A stretch of 64,000 nucleotides of DNA from Hormiphora californensis. Taxonomy: Eukaryota > Animalia > Ctenophora. The stretch covers positions 4,464,001 to 4,528,000 of the forward strand of contig CM035351.1 in NCBI GenBank assembly GCA_020137815.1, written 5' to 3'. Within the stretch, counting starts at the first letter, position 1, and each line of letters begins with the position of its first letter. Under the pieces are notes generated by a model. The model saw only the letters and a list, made by a program, of their open reading frames with translations, had not been told where the DNA came from and ran no database searches. Below, piece by piece: positions 25,095-46,433 of this stretch. The position numbers and the translations under genes were made by a program.

Positions 25095-26067
25095 ATGATG
25101 CGACTATACCCCCCACTCAACATACCATGGGAACACCACTCCATCAATGGAGTCCCAATGAGCCTAATGACTGGTATGTGTAGTCATCCAACTTGTCATT
25201 ATTATTCTAGAACCTGTAATAGATACCCATCTCTGAGTGTAAATGATGTGTTTACAATAAACTCTCCGTTTCCTAGGTAACCAGGCAAGCTATGACGTCA
25301 TCAAGTCAATGCCCATTACACAGCACGATCTATTCCTGGCGTCCTATCCCAAAAGTGGAACAACCTGGTTGCTGAGTATTATCTACAACATAATGGATGG
25401 TGAGGGTGATATGGATAATCTAATTCCCTGGCTGGACTGTGACCCTTACACTCACTGCACAGAGCAACAAGCAACCAACTCCCCTGGGAATTATAGGTTC
25501 TTCAAGACTCACGTCCCATTCTCTTGGCTACCATGGCAACCGACAACAAAGTACATTTACGTGGCACGCAACCCGAAAGATGTGGCGGTCAGTTTTTACT
25601 ACTTTTTGGGAACCACTCTCAACCAGGCAATGGGCATGTCAAAGGATTATGGTGTTGATATGAGAAGCTTTGTAGATCTTTTTGGACAGGGAAATGTCCT
25701 ATACGGTGATTGGTGGAGTCACGTGATGTCATGGTACCAGGCATCACAGGATCACTCTGAAAATGTCCTATTCCTTACTTACGAAGAACTATCCGCAGAT
25801 ATGAAAGGGGTAATTCTACAGGTAGCTCATTTCATGGGAAAAGAACTATCAGAGGATAGAGTCACCGAGATTGAAGAGCTGTGTACGTTTAAAAGGATGA
25901 AACAAAACAGCAAGGCAAGCATGGCGTATGTCAACAATTTCTGGAGGAAAGGAGTGGTCGGAGACCATATCAACCATTTTACGGACAAACAAATCGAATA
26001 TTTTGACGGTAAATCATCAAAAGTACTCCCAAAAGAACTCTTGAAAAGATTGGCACTTTCAGCATGA
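25095..26067 (+). CDS. Cytosolic sulfotransferase (Sulfotransfer_1 / SULT1-like), exons 25095-25173 and 25277-26067
   Basis: 5'-PSB motif YPKSGTTW, catalytic KTH, 3'-PB motif RNPKDVAVSFYYF, and RKGVVGDHINHFT; the upstream exon joins in frame. Confidence 0.92.
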
Positions 26068-26111
26068 GCTGGCAACTGGATTTTCCGAAAACTGAATTCA
26101 TATGTAGATTG

Positions 26112-26272
26112 TATTAAAGTCGGATTTTTTTAATTTGTCACCCCCCTTTTCGTGCGCGGAATGTTTTTTGCATCACATCACATGTTATAACGTGTGGTGT
26201 GCGCATCAAAATTGATAAATTTCACATGCGCGGTCATTTTGGGGTGACAACTTCAAAAAATCCGACTTTAAT
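26112..26272. mobile_element. MITE
   Basis: TIR ATTAAAGTCGGATTTTTT / AAAAAATCCGACTTTAAT plus inner TGTCACCCC/GGGGTGACA. Confidence 0.65.
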
Positions 26273-26639
26273 TAGTATGTACTGCAAAATCGTTGTTTCT
26301 CAAATCTCATTTTATTTGGGAAAGGTCAAAGCCCAAAGGGCAAGAAATCAAGTAAATGTGAAAGTGATAGTAATCAAAAGACTGTGGATATTTCTTTTAT
26401 CCTAAAATACCAAAGTCTTTTTGGGGCACGATGTGCCATGTGGACGGGTCTTTGGGAAAAAACATCAACTTTTTCATTTTTTAAACTTGTCAAGAGCGTT
26501 TCAAAATTTTTTTCGGAAAATTCGTATATCGGGAAATTAGCGCGCTTTCTGCAGCAAAAAGTCAATTTGCTCGCGCGTTACATTTTGATTCCCGGCGCGC
26601 GCTGTCCATGTCATTCGCGGCCGTGAAAAAAATTTCAAA

Positions 26640-27315
26640 GCGTGAAGAAGTTGGCCAGCCTTAAAATCTGGGTGTTTCGTGAGTGCTGACAAACGGTTTT
26701 TTAGGTTTAGGGCTAAAGTAGGGTTAGGGTTGAGGTTTGGGTTGGGGTTAGGCCTTGACATTCCCTGCCAGATAAACTTTGAATTAGCCAAAACAGTTGA
26801 GTGGTTCGGCGGTTAGAGCCGTTTTAGTGAATGAAATTTTTTGGAAGCACGCACCTGTAAACAGGCCACCAAACACCCAGATCGTAACGGCGCCCGAAGA
26901 AGTTTTTTAAAGCGTTTTTGCAACATTTTTTTCAGTCCCTACTCCCGGCCCCCAGGCCCAGGCCGGCCAGCGTTAAAATCTGGGTGCTTGGAGTGTCAGC
27001 ACTCACGGTTTTTAAGGTTAGGGCTAAAGTAGGCTCAGGGTTGGGGTTTGGGCCTTGACATTTCCTAAAGTGCGTTTCAAACGACTTGACCTGAGATTCC
27101 TGGAAATTCAGGATACACACGCAATGCGCCAAATTCCAAGAATTACGGGTCAAGTCGCTTGAAACGGACTTTACCAGTTAAATTTTGGATCAGCCAAAAC
27201 GGTTAAGTTGTTTCATGGCGGTATAGCCATTTCAGTGCACTGCACAGGGTACTTTTCGGCAGCACGAACCTGTAAATAGGCCACCAACCACCCAGATCGT
27301 AACGGTGCCCCGACT
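26640..27315 (+). repeat. Two tandem diverged units of the TTAGGG-containing interspersed repeat
   Basis: About 26655-26895 is similar to about 26960-27310 and to 1-201. Confidence 0.7.
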
Positions 27316-27449
27316 CCCGGTGGCAAATATTTAAAGATTTGGTTTTGAAGGATGCTGAACACTGAACAGTCACACATACACCAAAATTAACGTGCTTCAT
27401 ACTTTAGGAGTCGAAATGTAGCCAGCGGAAGTAGCAGTAAGAAATCAAG

Positions 27450-35956
<8,507 letters not shown>

Positions 35957-36552
35957 TAGTTCAAAAGAGCAGTGAATATATAAAGAAATCGAGGTTGTAC
36001 AGTAGTTTAGTTAAGCGTATTATTCACTCTCTCTTCTCTAGCATTTGAGTCGCCTGACATTGTGTCAACTTATGAACAACTCAATCTTATCATCGATGTG
36101 GTTGAATTAGAGCGTAGAGAGTTAATGTAAGTTTAGTTTCTATTTTCCATTTGATTTGAGTCGATGTCTTTTATAAGTTTATCGATCAGTGTAGTTTGAA
36201 GTTTTTTATAGGTAGTTTTAGTCAAGTTGCTACTACATATTGTATATTTATGAGATAGTTTATGAGAATTTTAACGCTGTTTTTATGTTTGTGAGCTGTA
36301 AATATACTGTGGATACTGTAAATATACTGTGGATACTGTATGTCTAGAACCTGAAGTTAGTTTTTCTACAAAATGTTTGTTGTTTTTCAAGAGAACTGAT
36401 CCCAAGAATGAGAAAATCTAGAGAAAGTGAATAGTGAGTTCAGCGTAGTAGTGAGTAAGACGTATTTAGAAGTCGTCAATGATTGACTAGAGCTCCAGTT
36501 ACTCATTGACGACTTCTTGCACACTACGCTGCATGGAGCAAGGTATAAAACA

Positions 36553-37433
36553 TAACGTGTTGGGCATAAAAAATGTCCCCCCTAGACTAGCATAGTTCCA
36601 GATATCGTAGAGCTCTAAAATTTTACACAGTTACTCTATGGGACAAATAAATAGGTTCCACAAAATTTAAAACTTTTAGCTCAAAGTTCATTTTTTTGAT
36701 CGGAATGAACATTATCACTTATTCCAAAAAACATGATTTTTCGGTCCAAAAGTTCAGCAATTGTCTTTGGCTCTCAATTTTCTTTCAAATGCGACCAAAA
36801 AAAGCCAAAACGGCCAACCACAAGGCACACAGTGGTCATGTTTCTGACTGTTAGTCAGGTCATGTGATCCCCACCGAATCGTGTAAGTTATTCTGAATTG
36901 CTAATCAGGATTAGTTGTGGAGAATCACGTATCACAGCCGCTAATGAGGGATGACGATGATGATTGGCCATGAGATCCGAAGCTCATTAACAAGTCACCT
37001 CTTTACCCAAGTGCTCCCGAATCACATGTCGCTTCTTCGATACACATCCCTCATTAGCGACTGTGATACGTGATTCTTCCCCACTAAGCCTGATTAGCAA
37101 TTCACGATTCGGTGGGGATCACATGACCTGACTAACAGTCAGAAACATGACCACTGTGTGCCTTGTGGTTGTCCGTTTTGGCTTTTCTTGGTCGCATTTG
37201 AAAGAAAATTGAAAGCCAAAGACAATTGCTTGACTTTTGGACCTAAAAATCATGTTTTTTGGAATGAGTGATAATGTTCATTCCGATCAAAAAAATGAAC
37301 TTTGAGCTTAAAGTCTGAAATTTTGTGGAACCTATTTATTTGTCCCATAGAGTTACTGTGTAAAATTTTAGAGCTCTACGATATCTGGAACTATGCTAGT
37401 CTAGGGGGGACATTTTTTATGCCCAACACGTTA
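36553..37433. mobile_element. Foldback MITE of about 880 bp
   Basis: TA-ACGTGTTGGGCATAAAAAATGTCCC ... GGGACATTTTTTATGCCCAACACGT-TA; arms of about 400 bp. Confidence 0.85.
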
Positions 37434-37749
37434 GCTCACTGCCAGCACTGAGAGTTTTTCTATATATCATGTACAACATGCACATCGCAAGCACACTCTA
37501 CCAGCCCTGGCCTAGTCAATTAGAATGCACAACGACAATTAGATTGAGATAGTCAAGCCTTGCCGAGAAAAATATCCCCCATGTATATGTGCCAAACTAA
37601 TATATATAAACATGTCTGGCTAATCCGACCCCGTTCGCTTCAGATCGAGTCGACACCGCCGGACAGAACTAAACCCCCAAATCTGTCCTAATTTACCCAA
37701 TTTCCCAAAACTAAACCCCATTCCGCCCTATCATTTTAGCTGTGTATGT

Positions 37750-40700
37750 ATGTCCCGACGAGTTGATGTCCTACCGCCACTTCGGAATGACAACCACTAT
37801 GTCAAGGAAGTAGAGCTGGCTGAATGGAACTCTCTCCCAAAAGATCAGGGCTCCCGTCATGGAGGATCTGGTGGTGGTCGTGATGATGAGGAACCTCTGG
37901 TTAAGAGAACACCCTCTACCAGGTAAAATAATCCTCATTTGAGATGGTATTTCCATGCTGTGGGCCATGTTCCAAAATCAAAAGTGTCGAGTGATGTAAC
38001 TATCAAAAGCCCCGCTGCATTTCCTAGAATAGTTCAATACATTTGCATCATTGATTTCGTTAACACGCATGAGTCATGCCCTCTGTGGCATCGGTGGGCA
38101 TCATTTAAACTCTCATGGGACATCACAGAAGATGTCTCTTTCTTGTTAATAAGTTGGGAACGTTCCAAACATCCCAGTGTAGGAAGAGGGTTTGTGCAGG
38201 GGTTACCATAGCAACTGCTTGCCATATCGGAAACACAGAAAGCGAGAACATTAGCCCTATAACTACGCAATCTATTATAGCTACTGCAGTTGCTATGGCA
38301 ACACTTCTGAAAACGATAACTTGTTTGGAACGCGCGGCCAACTATGAAGCGGTATCATCGCGCGCCAACGTGCCCTCTCTTGGACTCCGGCCGAGTCACA
38401 CAAATCTGACAACCGTGACAACTTGTTGAGTAACAAGTGACAGCTCCAATTAAGTGGAGCAGCAGCTGCCGAGTCTGGCAGGTGTCCAAGCTATCCATGT
38501 ACTATATCAATACCTTCCATTCTTTCAGAGCAAAGAGGCGGAGAGCCAAGGCCAAGACGGATGCAGTTCTAGCATTCCAGAACCCTGTAGCAGAGGTTAA
38601 AGTAGATATGGATGGTGCTAGGGATCCCTACTTGGAGCTATCTCACTCTGTTAACGACCCTACCACTCATGCCCTCCTTTACTACTTTCACAGCCTGTCA
38701 GAGTCAACGGTAAGACAATCCGAAATGATATGAAGAATTTAGGCGTGACTTTCAGTCACAATTCCTCGTCTTTTCACCCTCTTTATAACTCTCCTCTATC
38801 CCAGGACCCAAACACCGTGGCGGCATTTGATCGAATAGACAGCCTGATAGAGAGTGGGGCGGATGTTAATGCCAGGGACCGGGTCGGAGCAACACTTCTC
38901 CACGAAGTAGCCCGGGACTGGGGAGCTGATATCGCCGAGTATCTCATCACCAAGGGTGCCAATGTGGTTCTGGCGGACAAGAGGGGTCGGACTGCATTGC
39001 ACATTGCCTGTATGACGGACAATGCGGATGTGGCGGGGGTGTTATTGGTAGCTGGGGCTCCACCTGATAGGGTTACTGAGAGGGAGGAACAGACACCGTT
39101 ACATTACGCTGCCAGGAATGATGCTGCTGACACTATCACGGTACGTAGAGGAAATATTAGTTTGGATTTGTGGCTCACACAATCATCTTATTTCATAAAA
39201 TCACAGAGCGAATGATCTCAGATATATGAGTTGATCACAACCTGTTTATCGAGATCTGATCCTCTAACCTGCAGGTTCTGAATGAGCACGGTGTGACACT
39301 AGACCCCAAGGACTACAAAGGACGGACCCCATTGCTCCTAGCTGCCGAATTGGACAGATCCGTGGCGGCCCTGAAATTACTTCAGTATGGGGCTAAAGCT
39401 GGTATCATAGACAAGACAGGTATGTGAGCTGGGAGTGGGAAAATATAAAACGCATTAGTTTAGGTTTTCGAAATAAACAAACAAATTAAAATCAATACAA
39501 TTCACACACTGCTCCTCCGTTGGTTGTTCCTCAGTTTCTTGAGAGCCATTCGTTTGTTCTGGAACCACACCCGCACCGTCTCCTGGCTCAGTTCCAACTC
39601 CTCTGCCAGCTGGGCCCGTCTCTCCAAGGTGATGTAGTGGTTGGCATCAAATTCATCCTCGAGTTGATCCAGCTGTTGGTCCGTGAACACTGTCCTCTGT
39701 TTCCTGCGCCGACGGACTGGTCCGGCAGTAGATGGGTTTTGAAAGGACCCCGGGAAGAAGAACTGGGGTGCAGTTGGGTCACCTCCGGGTGATGGTGTGT
39801 CGGGAGGGGTTATATCCGTGGGAGTGGAGGCGGCAATGGGAACAGGTGGTGGGCTGACAGTCAGGAAGTTGGTTGTGTCCCCGAATGTAGGTGTGGCCGG
39901 GGTGTCCAGGGTTGGGGACAGGGAAGGTAGGATTAGGTCTGCTGGTGGTGGTGTAGGGTGTGACAGGGTCGGTAGTTGTCCAGTAGATGGAGGGCTGTTG
40001 TACGGGACAGCAGTATAGGGTCCTGGGATCGGGGTGTAGGCAGGATAGTATAGCACGGGAAGGACAGTTGGGAGCTGATGATGGTGTCGAGAAAGGTAGG
40101 AGGGAGAGAGGTAGGGTTCCGCTGATCTAACTCGCCTCCGTGCGGCCAGAGAGGAATGTTGTTGCTGCTGATGTGGTACCAGGAAGGGAGGTTGCTTCTG
40201 GTAGGGAGTAGGAGAGGAGTTCTGGTAAAATGGAGTAGGAGAGGGCTTCTGGTAGCAGGGTGTATGGGTTTGTTGAGCCAGAAGGTAGAGCTCGTGGAGA
40301 TAGTTGTCAAATGAAGACATGGTCAACAGATTTAGTAGTAGGCAGCAGTAGTGATTGTTGTTGTTGTCGATGTGATATGATTAGCAAGGTCCAATGATCA
40401 CCCTTTATACCCCCGCTACCCTTGTATCCTGGCATATCTCCTCTCACCCTGTCACCCACTCTCCTCTCTCCCTCATCCATGGTGTAGGGGAGAGATGAGA
40501 ATGGTTGACAGGGTTTCTTATCACTCAGAAGCTGTGAGTTGTAGTTTGGAAGTGGGTCACATATCGGGCTGTGATACGTGATCTGCTTACTAACAATAAC
40601 AAGCTAGTGTGCGAAGTGTTATGTGATACGCAGAACCGATGTGCAGTGAGAAGTGACACGTGAGACGGATGTAGCAAGGGGAAAGGACGGCAAATTAGAG

Positions 40701-43700
40701 GAAAGGCCTAATATAGTGTGTACTGTGTGTGGAGGGAATGAGACTGAGAGACAGATGTAGAAATATTGTAGTTGCATAATCGGTCCTAGCTACTCCCATA
40801 TTTGGTGACATAGACACCTGGCGCTCAATCTCGGTCGCGCCAGGTGTCTATGTCACCAACTCCCATATGACATACCTGATGGCTGATATTGATAACACTC
40901 AAATCAAATCAAACAAAACATATCTACCTCACTTTGGTCGCCAACTAACACTACTGATCTCTCTCCCAGGTCAGCACACAGTTTGTGCGATGGTGATGAA
41001 GATGCCAGGTGTTGCCCTGAAAGCCCTGGACCAGTTTCACATGACAAACAGAGCTAGCCGGCAACAATTCTTCTTCCTAAACTATCTGGAACCGGATCCG
41101 GATATAAACGAAGCGAGCTTTCTCCCCATGTCCGTTCTAGGCAGGGTAAGTAAATACACTATACAGCAGTTTTTAAAGGTCTTGGGTTCATTGTTCACAC
41201 CAATATTGTTGGAGGGTGCGATATGACATCGAAGACGCTCATTTGTTAGACGTTTCGGCTGTACGGCCATTATCAATAATGCTCAATAAATAGTTTTACG
41301 TTGTAGTTGATGAAAGTTTGAAACTTTCATCAACTACAACGTATCTATTTACCTTGTTTAGTGACTAACAATGTGCATCTTCCCAGATTGTGGAGACTGG
41401 GGAACTAAAGTTAGTTAACCACCCTGTTATCCGGGAGATAATCCGGGTAAAATGGTCCAAGTTTGCCAAGTGGAATGTCCTCCTAAACCTCCTAATCTAC
41501 CTAGTGTACATTATCGCGTGGACCCTCGTGGTGTTTATCTACCAGCCCTGGAAGTTAGATAGTCAGACTGAGACTGGGGTCAGTGGGGTGGCTAATAAAG
41601 TGTCAGTGGGCATTGCTGTAACACTCTTCTTTTATTTGGTGAGTCGTCCATTGCCCCCCCCCCCTACAGTTAGGTACACAATTAAACTACACACAGCCCG
41701 GGTAGAGTTGTGTGTAGCTCCAGTAGCACCCGGGGGCCGGGGTAGTATCTAATTATGTGAGTTGTCCACCATTGTTCGGCCTAGCGTCCTCTCTCTTGTT
41801 CTCCTTCTCACAACAACCCCCCATTGCAGCTTTTTGAGGAGCTACGAGATTTGTACCGCAGTGAGACCAATCATTTCCGATACAAATTGTGGAGGGTAAA
41901 ACAGATTGACCGGGATTTGGAGTTTGTACCACCACGCCTGTCGGAGGAGAGGGACTATCTCCTAAAGCAACGTGGGGTAAATGTTCCCTGCTCACTCATT
42001 GCTCGGTGTACCCGAGTATTGTATTCTGACCCAAATATGAAACCGAGTGCTAATTGAGAGTGGTTCTGTAATCTGCAATAGCACAGTGCTATGGCAGTGC
42101 CAGTCTCATAGATCCCAGTCTAACAGGGCTCCTGCAATGACTTCCCCCTTACTCAACAAGCAATGGCTATTTCAGGAGATAAAGGAGTGCAAATCCCGGT
42201 ACATGAGGGACCCATGGAACTGGTTCGACTGGTTGACCTATATCCTCATGTTCACTACTAGTGTCCTGGTTATCATATGTCTCACTCAGAGTGAGGACAT
42301 GGCTAATGAGAGGTGGTTCCAGGACATGTCCCTCTGGACCAGTAGGTCCATGTGTATCACCCTACTGTTCATCTGGATGAAACTATTCAAGTAAGTGTCA
42401 CATAGCAATATGAATATAACCTAGTTGACTAGGTTTAGAACACCAATATTTCTAAATTCACAAGTTCTCATTATTTTGGCCAGAAGCCCAGAAACACTCT
42501 TTCTCACCAGCCCACTGGGATGAAGATAAAGAGCGTTTCTGGGATTCCCAGCTATCTCCCTCTCTGGTATCTAAAATCTAAATAGTAAATACCACTGAAC
42601 CATGGTTAAAGCCCACTTCTCCTTCCCAGATTTGTCCGAGTTTTCGCCTTTCTGGGGCCCTTTGTGGTGATCCTCACAAAGATTATCAACGACATCATAA
42701 AGATTGCCTTTGTGTTTGTGGTGTTCTACATCCCGACGGTGGCCACATATTACCAATTTTATTGTGATTCCAATAATGATGGCTACAAGAATCTCAGACA
42801 GACAATGTTCACAGTATACAGGTACAAACTCGCGTCTTTTACTGTTTTATTAGGTGCATTTTCTTTTACCGATGACAATGATTGTTATGTTCTAACCCTC
42901 CTTTACGGGGCACGCGAAACACAGTCTAGCTAGGCAAGACAATGATATATTGTTAAGTAAGGGGTGGATGATATATGCATTTTGTTTGGAAATCTGCTGA
43001 CTGCTGACTGCTATATCAACTGCCCTGTTAATAACCAGTAAGATTATCGAGTGGATAATCTTACTGATTAACAGGGCAGTTGATAATCAGATAATATCCA
43101 CACTCCAAAGCCATCCCATTCCCAACCACCAATTTGTTCCAATCCCTAGAATGCTGCTGGTGGATGATTACGGGTACGAAACGATAAGTGAATATGAAAC
43201 AAATGTGACAATCGGGGATAAGGAGATAACTGTAAGCCCTGAGATTGGTTGGACTGACCTGGTTGTGGCATATTGGCTGTTTTTTGGTGCAATCATCGTA
43301 CTCAACTTGTTCATTGGTTAGTGAAGTTGTTTGTTTTCCTTGCTAGAATTGGTACATTTCATATGACCTGTCTGGCGTGGCCAGACCGGTCTAGACCCTC
43401 GACAGTGCGTTCAGATCGGGTCGGCGCCGCCAGACAGCCCATGACCCAATCCCCCCCGACACTACTTATATTGTATATCCAGACAACCAAATCCGTGTGT
43501 CGTCACTTCGTTACCTCATCTCCCCTACCCAGACAACCAAACTTAATCCCTCCTTTCTTTCCACAGCTCTCATGTCGGACACCTTCCAACGGGTGTACGA
43601 CAATGCTTGTGAGGTTGCACTGTTGGAGAAAGCAACTATCATAGACAGCATCGAGGAAAACCTACCTCCAGCGAAAATGACATCCTTCCTTCGATTCATT

Positions 43701-44393
43701 AAGACCAGGTCAGTATACTTAGTTCCCACACAGATCTAAACAACTTCCCCCCAATGTCAGTTATCAGCGCTTGGTCTCACCTTCATGTCTCCTAATTAAA
43801 CTTCCACCTATAACAGGTGTGCACCTCGGCAGAGTTACTACGATGATGACATAGTTGATGATGATGAGGGGTCTGAGATGCACAAATACACACAACAGGT
43901 AACTAGTTTGGCACGTCGCGCTATCCCCTGTAACACAGGGCCTGTATGTAACGCTGCCAAGGTAACTAGGGAGAGGAATTACGAATCATGATATGTAATA
44001 TATCCACCTAGTTTTGCTCTGAGTATCTACTATCTTATATGAGAGATAGTATCTCTTCAGATCTCTCATTCATTCATTGATTACAATATTAGTGCTCCAG
44101 GACCAGCCTTGTTTTTCTTTGTATTGTGCAGCATTAAGTGTATCATTATCCTAGTTCAGCTTTATCTTCAGACGTTTGAAGTGGTACGAGGTATGCAGGG
44201 CCAGTTTCTACACCTTGCAGAACAGATGGAGAGGATAGGAGGGATACAGGAGCAAGTAGAGACACAGAGCAAACAAATCAAGGATCTGAGGGGTATGGTC
44301 AAGGATCTAAGGACAATGGTGAAGGAAATGAGAAAAGGTGGTGGGAGAATGGGCCCTCTCTCACCTTACACACAAACCACGGGCCATGGGTGA
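37750..44393 (+). CDS. Ankyrin-repeat TRP channel, TRPVL (TRPV-like)/TRPA-related, multi-exon
   Basis: Ankyrin repeats (GATLLHEVA, GRTALHIAC, QTPLHYAA, GRTPLLLAA), HPVIREIIRVKWSKF, DPWNWFDW, LGPFVVIL, pore MLLVDDY, S6 LNLFIALMSDTFQRVYDNA and a C-terminal coiled coil. Confidence 0.88.
39502..40320 (-). CDS. Intronless homeobox protein (Q50, ANTP-class-like) nested in a TRP intron
   Basis: RRRRKQRTVFTDQQLDQLEDEFDANHYITLERRAQLAEELELSQETVRVWFQNKRMALKK; Pro/Ser/Thr-rich N-terminus; first ATG at 40320. Confidence 0.93.
   Translation of the reverse strand: MSSFDNYLHELYLLAQQTHTPCYQKPSPTPFYQNSSPTPYQKQPPFLVPHQQQQHSSLAARRRVRSAEPYLSPSYLSRHHHQLPTVLPVLYYPAYTPIPGPYTAVPYNSPPSTGQLPTLSHPTPPPADLILPSLSPTLDTPATPTFGDTTNFLTVSPPPVPIAASTPTDITPPDTPSPGGDPTAPQFFFPGSFQNPSTAGPVRRRRKQRTVFTDQQLDQLEDEFDANHYITLERRAQLAEELELSQETVRVWFQNKRMALKKLRNNQRRSSV
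40404..40409 (-). promoter_or_regulatory. Candidate TATA box of the nested homeobox gene
   Basis: GGGTATAAAGGG on the minus strand about 85 bp upstream of the ATG. Confidence 0.6.
40802..40859. mobile_element. 58-bp hairpin MITE with 9-bp TSD
   Basis: TIR TTGGTGACATAGACACCTGGCG; TSD CTCCCATAT at 40793-40801 and 40860-40868. Confidence 0.82.
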
Positions 44394-45131
44394 GACACTC
44401 TGTTTTAGGAAAGGATACTTCCTTTTTACGGGTTCAGATTGTTTAGATGGGACTAAGACATGATCTGAATATGATAGGATCATATCAGAAAGACTGAACA
44501 ATCTGTTTGGCAACCATTTTATCCCATCATATCTTTGAATGTATAAATACTGTAAACTGTTTAGAGCGTTTTAACCCGTTTGATATGACTTATGATTATT
44601 TATGCAGATTATTAATTTCGTTATTTTACTTGTTCTCTGTATAATCTTCGTCGGCCAAGACAAGAACAGGACAAAACATCATCATTGCTGTTGCTCGAAG
44701 AAAACCCCAAATTCCAGGACTGAAATGTTCCCACGGTCCGCGCACAACGCGCATAGGAAGAAGATGCCAGGTCAGAGCTGTGTTACCGCGCGTTACAACA
44801 AAGAGCGCGTGTAACTGACACAAATTGTGACCGAGACACTGTGTCATCTTCTTCCGATCTTACACACGGAACAATTGCTGGATTTCTTTCAAGGTAAGAA
44901 ATTATATCATGGTTTGGGTGCAATGTTATAAACAAAGATAAGTACATAAAAACACAATCACAATCACACGGCGTCTAACATTGTATTTACTGTTGAGTAC
45001 AAAGTATATGTAACCCCACATTTCACCGTTAATTTCACCAATTCAGCTACTGATTCATATGTCCATCCCTTATTCCAGTTCTTTCTCTCTCTAAAGTCAC
45101 AAAAAGCAAAAGAGTTCACAGATGCGTGCTT

Positions 45132-46237
45132 CTAGAATTGCTGTCCTAGGGGAGTGAGAGTCTTGTCCATGAACTTCCTTCGAGCAAAGCATGTCCACCA
45201 CTTGCTTGGTTTGTCTGTGTCACCGAACACCTGTAATTGATGGGAGGGTTGCAACATGATACTACGCTATTGGTAGTTTGGAACTACAGATTTTAAATTC
45301 CCTACTACTTCATTTCATCAAACGAAGATTGCGAATGATAGTGTGATATGTAACATACCTTCTCCACTAGACGTTGTCCCAACTCCTGCCGACACTGAGT
45401 CAAGTACTGTCTCATCTTCTCTGTAGAAGCAGAGAAGTGTCAGAAAAAAAACTAACATCATCTAGATCTCATTTTATAATTTTGTAGAAGAGAGAGAGAG
45501 GGTTACAACAAACAAACTAACCTCTGCTAACTCTCACACAATTCAATCACTCAACTTTGAAGAGCTACGAACAGCAACTCACCAGTTTCGTTTCCCTGTG
45601 GCCTGGTGTAGACAGAGTTGAGAGGAAAACCGGCCTCTCCGGGGAGAGAAAACCTAGAGATAGCCAGAGTATACATGTCCTTCAGGGCTTGGTTCTTGTT
45701 GGGGCTCTTGGCTAGCTTGATAATACAGTCGGTAGTGTAGAGCGTCAGGTAGATCAACAATCGGTCCCCTGTACCCTGGAAAGATGGGAGGGGGTCAGAA
45801 TTAGTGGTTAGTAGGAGGGGGCCTATTGAGTTCCTAGGAGGGGGGGGGGTCAGTTCTACTGGGTCATTAGTAGGGGGACCAGGGTGGATCAACATGGGGA
45901 GATACTGGATGAGTGGAGGGTTTAGGCCGTGCTGCAAATGGAATTATCACGTACCTTGATTTCGTAGTTTTTAAAGAACACATTGGCTCGGAAGAAATAC
46001 AGAGCCTCGTCTATAATGTCTTCTTCAGCATCTGGGAGCAGAGAGAAGGGGGTTAATATAATCTAGCGGAATACTAGCTGGATACTGGTTAGATAAAAAC
46101 AGAGAGATTTTAATTTGGAGCTATTTGATACCTGATTTAGGTGCAGGTCCCTTTACAGTAGTCCGGAGAGGAAGCATTGCAATGTTCCCAATTGTCATGT
46201 TACTTTCCTCATTGAATTTTGAGTGGTAGGCAGGCAT
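45132..46237 (-). CDS. ARPC3: Arp2/3 complex subunit 3 (p21-Arc), 5 exons
   Basis: MPAYHSKF...[12 protein letters not shown]|[22 protein letters not shown]|[13 protein letters not shown]...[12 protein letters not shown]|...[10 protein letters not shown]|...[19 protein letters not shown]. Confidence 0.95.
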
Positions 46238-46254
46238 CTTCCTAGCTATAAGAG

Positions 46255-46365
46255 TCATGGGGTTAGTAGAATGATAGGGTTAGTAGAATGATGGGGTTAG
46301 TTGTAAGTAGAATGACGGGTTAGTAGAATGATGGGGTTATAGAATGATGTGGTTAGTAGAATGAT
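46255..46365. repeat. Minisatellite of about 17 bp (GGGTTAGTAGAATGAT)
   Basis: About six degenerate units between ASNSD1 and ARPC3. Confidence 0.85.
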
Positions 46366-46433
46366 TCGTTTAAAGAGTTTATGCAGCAGAGTTAAAAGAA
46401 AATGTGTAAAAGAAAACTAGGAATTGCAATAAA

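Noticed and set aside
39502-39700. Calling the homeobox Cdx/ParaHox because of its YIT motif
   Set aside because: Helix 3 (VRVWFQNKRM) and the N-terminal arm do not fit; a phylogeny is needed.
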